Notes under the pieces: model-generated
The model's input: the letters and a program-made list of their open reading frames with translations, nothing else
The model's database searches: none
Told to the model about the DNA's origin: nothing
Program-made: the position numbers and the translations under genes
Shown: one piece after another, positions 27,504 to 64,000 of the stretch
Position numbering within the stretch: position 1 is the first letter of the stretch
How the letters are laid out: every line of letters starts with the position of its first letter
Origin: Octopus sinensis
Lineage: Eukaryota
Direction of reading: 5' to 3'
Length of the DNA: 64,000 nt
NCBI RefSeq assembly: GCF_006345805.1
Contig: NC_043005.1
Location: 96,844,001 to 96,908,000 of the forward strand

Positions 27504-28387
27504 TTCCTGTGAGCTAATAGGAAAATTGTGAGTGTATGTATGTATATGTGCGTGCGTGTGTGTTTTTTTTTTATTTTTGCAACTGTCTAAAAGACTTTGC
27601 TGCGTTTGTTCTCCCCTTTATGTCTCCTAACGTAGGTCGATATAATTGACTAAATCTAAATATGGTTTCCCACAGTTTAATGACGACGGAGACCAGTGAA
27701 TGGTCGATAAAAGAAGAGAAAAATAAACAAGTCGGTTCACATTTATTTTTGTAGGATTTTATTATCTGGTCTGGGATGTCATAAAAAAAAATAATCAATA
27801 TAAAACCATGTAATAAAACAAACAGGTGAACAGAACAGTGGGAAAAAATGTCTGCTTTGGTGGTTTTCGTTTTCCCTGATGTTGAGGACAAGGTGATAAT
27901 GTGTTAAAATTGCGCTGCGAGAACCAAAAGTGATGGGTTAAACTAACGTTACGGTGGCGTTACACCAGTAAAATTTCTTCAAGAAACACCCTTCACACTG
28001 ACAAAGACCTGATACCGTTTCTTGTATTAAAATAATTCCTTAGATTACACAGGAGGATGATCGGTGTTTTAGTTGTAGCTTTCGTGTTGGTATATTTCTT
28101 CATTAGTACTTTTTTTAAAATTATAATTAGTTTTGTTGTTCGTGTTAAAACTTCGTTTTCATGTACGGTGTTTCGCTTTCTGTCCAACCCAATTAAATTT
28201 TATAACCTCCTTATTTTTTGCTTACTTTTTTGTTTGTTTATTTATATTTTACTTCATTCTTCAATAAAAAAAAATGTCATCGTTACGTACAAGCCCAGAT
28301 GTCTTATCGTGCATGTACTTTCACACATTCTGTCAAATGTTCTCCTTTCTTTCTTGTTTGTTAAAAAAATATTTTAAGAGAGTTTTC

Positions 28388-28393
28388 TTTATT
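28388..28393 (-). promoter_or_regulatory. Candidate polyadenylation signal of the collagen IV gene
   Basis: AATAAA on the minus strand about 45 nt after the stop codon; further AATAAA copies occur downstream, so the choice is uncertain. Confidence 0.35.
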
Positions 28394-28436
28394 TTTTTTT
28401 GTTAATAATTATTTCATTCGTTTAACAATCATCTTT

Positions 28437-60629
<32,193 letters not shown>

Positions 60630-61099
60630 CTGGAATAACTAGTAAATCAAGAGAAAATAGGAAGATGTTAATTAAAAATGCACGCTTAGAAGAACTGAAA
60701 CAATATATGTCGATGTTATAATATGGAGGACCATGCATGCGCTAAAGCTAAACTGGAACAACAATTAAATGTTATACACTAAGCAAATATTATAAAGTAT
60801 GACATGGCATGAAACTATTCAGTGCCGTAAAACCATTCATTACCATAATATTAGTGAATGTCAAAACTTGTATAAATACACAATATGTTTGATAAAATTC
60901 AAACGTCACAACAAAATTGAGACAATCAGAATAAGCGACGAAGAATAAGAGTGTGTGTGTGTGAGAGAGAGATAGAGAGAGAGAAAGAGTGAGAGAGCGA
61001 GAGAGAGAGACTGAATGAGACAGACAGACAGACAGAATAAAAGACGAAGAGTGAGAGAGAGAATAAGAAAGATGATGAAATTTATAGTAATGAAATATA

Positions 61100-63130
61100 C
61101 TAGCAGAAAGACTACCCTCCGGGCGGTTTTCTGCTAGCCACTCAATAATATTTCCACATTTGATTCCCAGTTCTAATAATTTTTATGATATTTTAAGCAT
61201 AGTTATTTTCTTGTATTATAGTGCTCACTTGCTTAGTAAATACTGCCTTCATTATTTTATCACTTTCATAATCTCTCTTTTTAAACAAACATCAAGGTAG
61301 TCCAACTTCGTTTAATGTGCCAAAGAATAGCAGCGATCACCTACAGATATTTTAATACCTATAGCGTATCAAATAGTCATAGCAACTAATTCACATATTA
61401 ACTCTTAGATAAAGACGGAAAGAAATAAGTCACATGAGTTCGAAGCTTCAGTAATAGGTTGTCCAACATAATTTAGTTTCAGTATGTAAAAACAATAAAC
61501 TGGGGGAATTTACACGGCGAATTTAAGTCAACAAAATACTTGATTTCCTCATCTAAAATAACGAAATAAAGCTTGAAATGAGAAAATTGCAATGAATATG
61601 TATTAAGTTGATTATTATTAATGGAAACAATTAGAGGCGGGAGAGATAGAATTTGAGAGACTGTGTTGCAAGCGAAAACGAAAACTTGCCTGAACATATT
61701 AATATTGTTTATCAAATCTTAGACCTACTCTGTAGTGAATGTAAAGCTTGGCAACAAATATTTAAATTTGTGATAGTAAATAATAACCGATGCTTCGAAA
61801 GTGCTTTTCATTGATATATATTAACAGAGGAATTTATAAGAATTTTCCGGAGGGAGAAATCTATAATATGGCTATTATGAAGTCTGGTACTGTGAGAACA
61901 CGTAGGAATGGCGTTTCCTTACTTTTTTAAATATACCCAAATTTAAAATGATCTAATATAACGATATCATTCATCCGGCATGGGTTGAAATATGCCAAAA
62001 CAATTTAATTCCTCACAAATATATGTTACTTTACATATAATTTGTGTGTTAATTCTATTTACTGAAACTTGTTAAAAAGCATATTTTGCTTTGAAGTAGT
62101 ATCTCCTCGTAGATACAATTGTCAGTAATCATACTGTTTCCATTTCTCTCTGCCAATATATTTACATTAGCCTTCTTTCGAACTCTAGATAAAACTTGTT
62201 CTTGTGCCTTGTTGCACGTCAAAGCAAAAGCTGGCTTGACAAGAAATCGTTTGCGTGTGAATGTGAATGGAAATTCCATTTCTTGAGATACATGTAATAT
62301 TCATGGGATTAGCAGAGTTGATCATGCATAAGGACCGGAAACAACCTCAACCTCTATAACATGATCATGACACTGATGTAGCGTGTGCCTTTGCAATATC
62401 CATTAGTAGCATATAAATTTCTCAGAAGCATTATGCAGCAATTTTTCTTCAGAATGCCTGATGGAAACCCTGGTGAGTACAGAGTTTCATTATCAACTGT
62501 ATCAGAGCTTTTGTATATTTTTAGCTTACCAAGAATCCTGGTCAACTGAAAATAATTCACAAATTGTGCTGCTTCATTTGTTGGAGTAACGATGGTTCTA
62601 TTTGCAAGCCACACAGCATTTGTGAAGTTATTTTTTAGGTCAGCATATATAAAATCTCATAGATTTAAAAGAGTACCACTTTCTACACAAAGGTCATTGA
62701 ATAGCTTGATTTTGAATTCGCCTAGGCTTTGTTCAACAGAAATGTTACCATTTCCCACACTAAGAAGGTAATTAGCAAACTCTTTTATCTGAATGACCAT
62801 CTGTAAGAAGTCTTAGATTGGTTGTCAACTCCACTACTTCCACGTGATCGGAAAGAAAAGATCTCCTTTAGTGTCGCATCAACAATTTGTGATCTGACAC
62901 CATTAATTTGAAGTGGAATATCCTCCTCTCGAGATACCCTAACCAGTCGGTCATGTGTAGCGGAAATAGAATCATGTCTACGCCTCCATGCATATTCAGG
63001 TATCTGTTTCCTGTTTCCTTTGCCCTGGTCTCATTTTTCTCTGTGTCGTTATGCCTTTGCTGTTAAATTTTCTTTTCTAGTCGCATATTTTTTGGACGCC
63101 CCATGTTGAATTACAAAATTCAAATGTGAT
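61100..63130 (-). mobile_element. Internally deleted Helitron with a PIF1-helicase remnant
   Basis: About 62160-62830 encodes EFANYLLSVGNG…WLANRTIVTPTNE…IYKSSDTV…IMLLRNL..NGYCKGTR…FLVKPAFALTCNKAQ. Probable ORF start MGRPKKY near 63105; hairpin plus CTAG|T terminus at 61100-61137. Confidence 0.75.
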
Positions 63131-63157
63131 ATTTGTGTAATAACGAAATCAAACCTG

Positions 63158-63191
<34 letters not shown>

Positions 63192-63414
63192 ACATTAGAG
63201 AGATAGTGTGTGTGAGAGATAGGTGGGGGAGAGAGAAAACATCGCAAACATTGAATGAAAATAAACATGAAATGAAAAAATCATATAAGTGAAAGCTCGT
63301 TAAAAGCTATCTTGTTTAGCGTGCTAGAAATAGCAGCGATCACATAGTTATTATTGTAAGGCTTATAGCGTTCCAAGCAGCCATACAAACAAAATCACTT
63401 CTTCATTCAAAACA

Positions 63415-63690
63415 TAATTATACCGGTATAATAAAGAATTTTCATTTCATCAAAAATATTCATTTATCAAACTCCGGAAATTGATAATATTCTTGAAATT
63501 GTGCCTCGTATCAAAGTTATACAGCTATTTTGAAGAATACCACGCATTCACTCAACACAAAATGACTTAGAAATTATACCGGTATATCAATAAATTTTCA
63601 ATTTATCAAAAATATTTATTTAACAAACTCTGGAAACTGATAATATTCTTGAAATTGTGACTTATTTCAAAGTTATACAGCTATTATTTA
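63415..63690. repeat. Two tandem ~120-bp units (period ~157 bp), probably Helitron-internal
   Basis: attataccggtat…atcaaaaatatt…gataatattcttgaaattgtg…caaagttatacagctatt occurs twice. Confidence 0.8.
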
Positions 63691-64000
63691 ATTATCCTAA
63701 ATAAAAGTAGAGGCGAGTGAGAATGCGGGACTGTTGGAAATAAAAACTTAAAATTTTGCCTGCAACGAATTAACATTGTTTATTATTAAACATTAAAATC
63801 TTTTCCGAAGTGAATGCAATGAATACTTAAATTTATGAAGAATTGGACGCAGTGAATGCAATGAGTATTAAAATTTGCGAGAATTTGGAGTTTAAAAAAT
63901 TCAATAAACTCCAGAAATCGAAATTATAGGAAATTTCTTAGAACATGAACTTATGAAAATATTTCCAGGCGGTCAAGCTTTTAATATTGCGTTCTTTTAG

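Overview
AT-rich, microsatellite-dense animal genomic DNA. The SINE, MITE and LINE families and the (TA)n/(TAA)n density suggest an Octopus species (inference). The dominant host gene is a minus-strand type IV collagen. Nine coding exons can be spliced by hand in frame (60629-60387, 59504-59070, 43180-42920, 39946-39857, 35671-35465, 34268-34143, 31827-31681, 30242-29956, 28706-28437; 2066 nt, about 687 aa, complete 12-Cys NC1 domain); its 5' end lies beyond base 64000. A convergent plus-strand Ly6/uPAR (quiver/sleepless-like) GPI-anchored gene contributes only its last exon (7358-7581). The rest is mostly transposon-derived: RTE, CR1, Tx1/L1, a near-intact irritans-type mariner, Helitrons, fold-back MITEs and tRNA-SINEs. 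The most notable items are: (i) a Penelope-like element with inverted terminal repeats whose 3' repeat holds a complete type I hammerhead ribozyme (38536-38630), plus a second, slightly decayed hammerhead at 4769-4828; (ii) a 15.9-kb collagen intron that is largely a head-to-tail array of (TAA)n-associated R4/Dong LINEs, with a roughly 546-bp non-coding TAA-tailed element in three copies; (iii) a divergent, apparently short collagen IV chain with mixed alpha1/alpha2 NC1 signatures and loss of the Asp78 chloride-switch residue. All alignments and folds were done by eye; no database searches were run.
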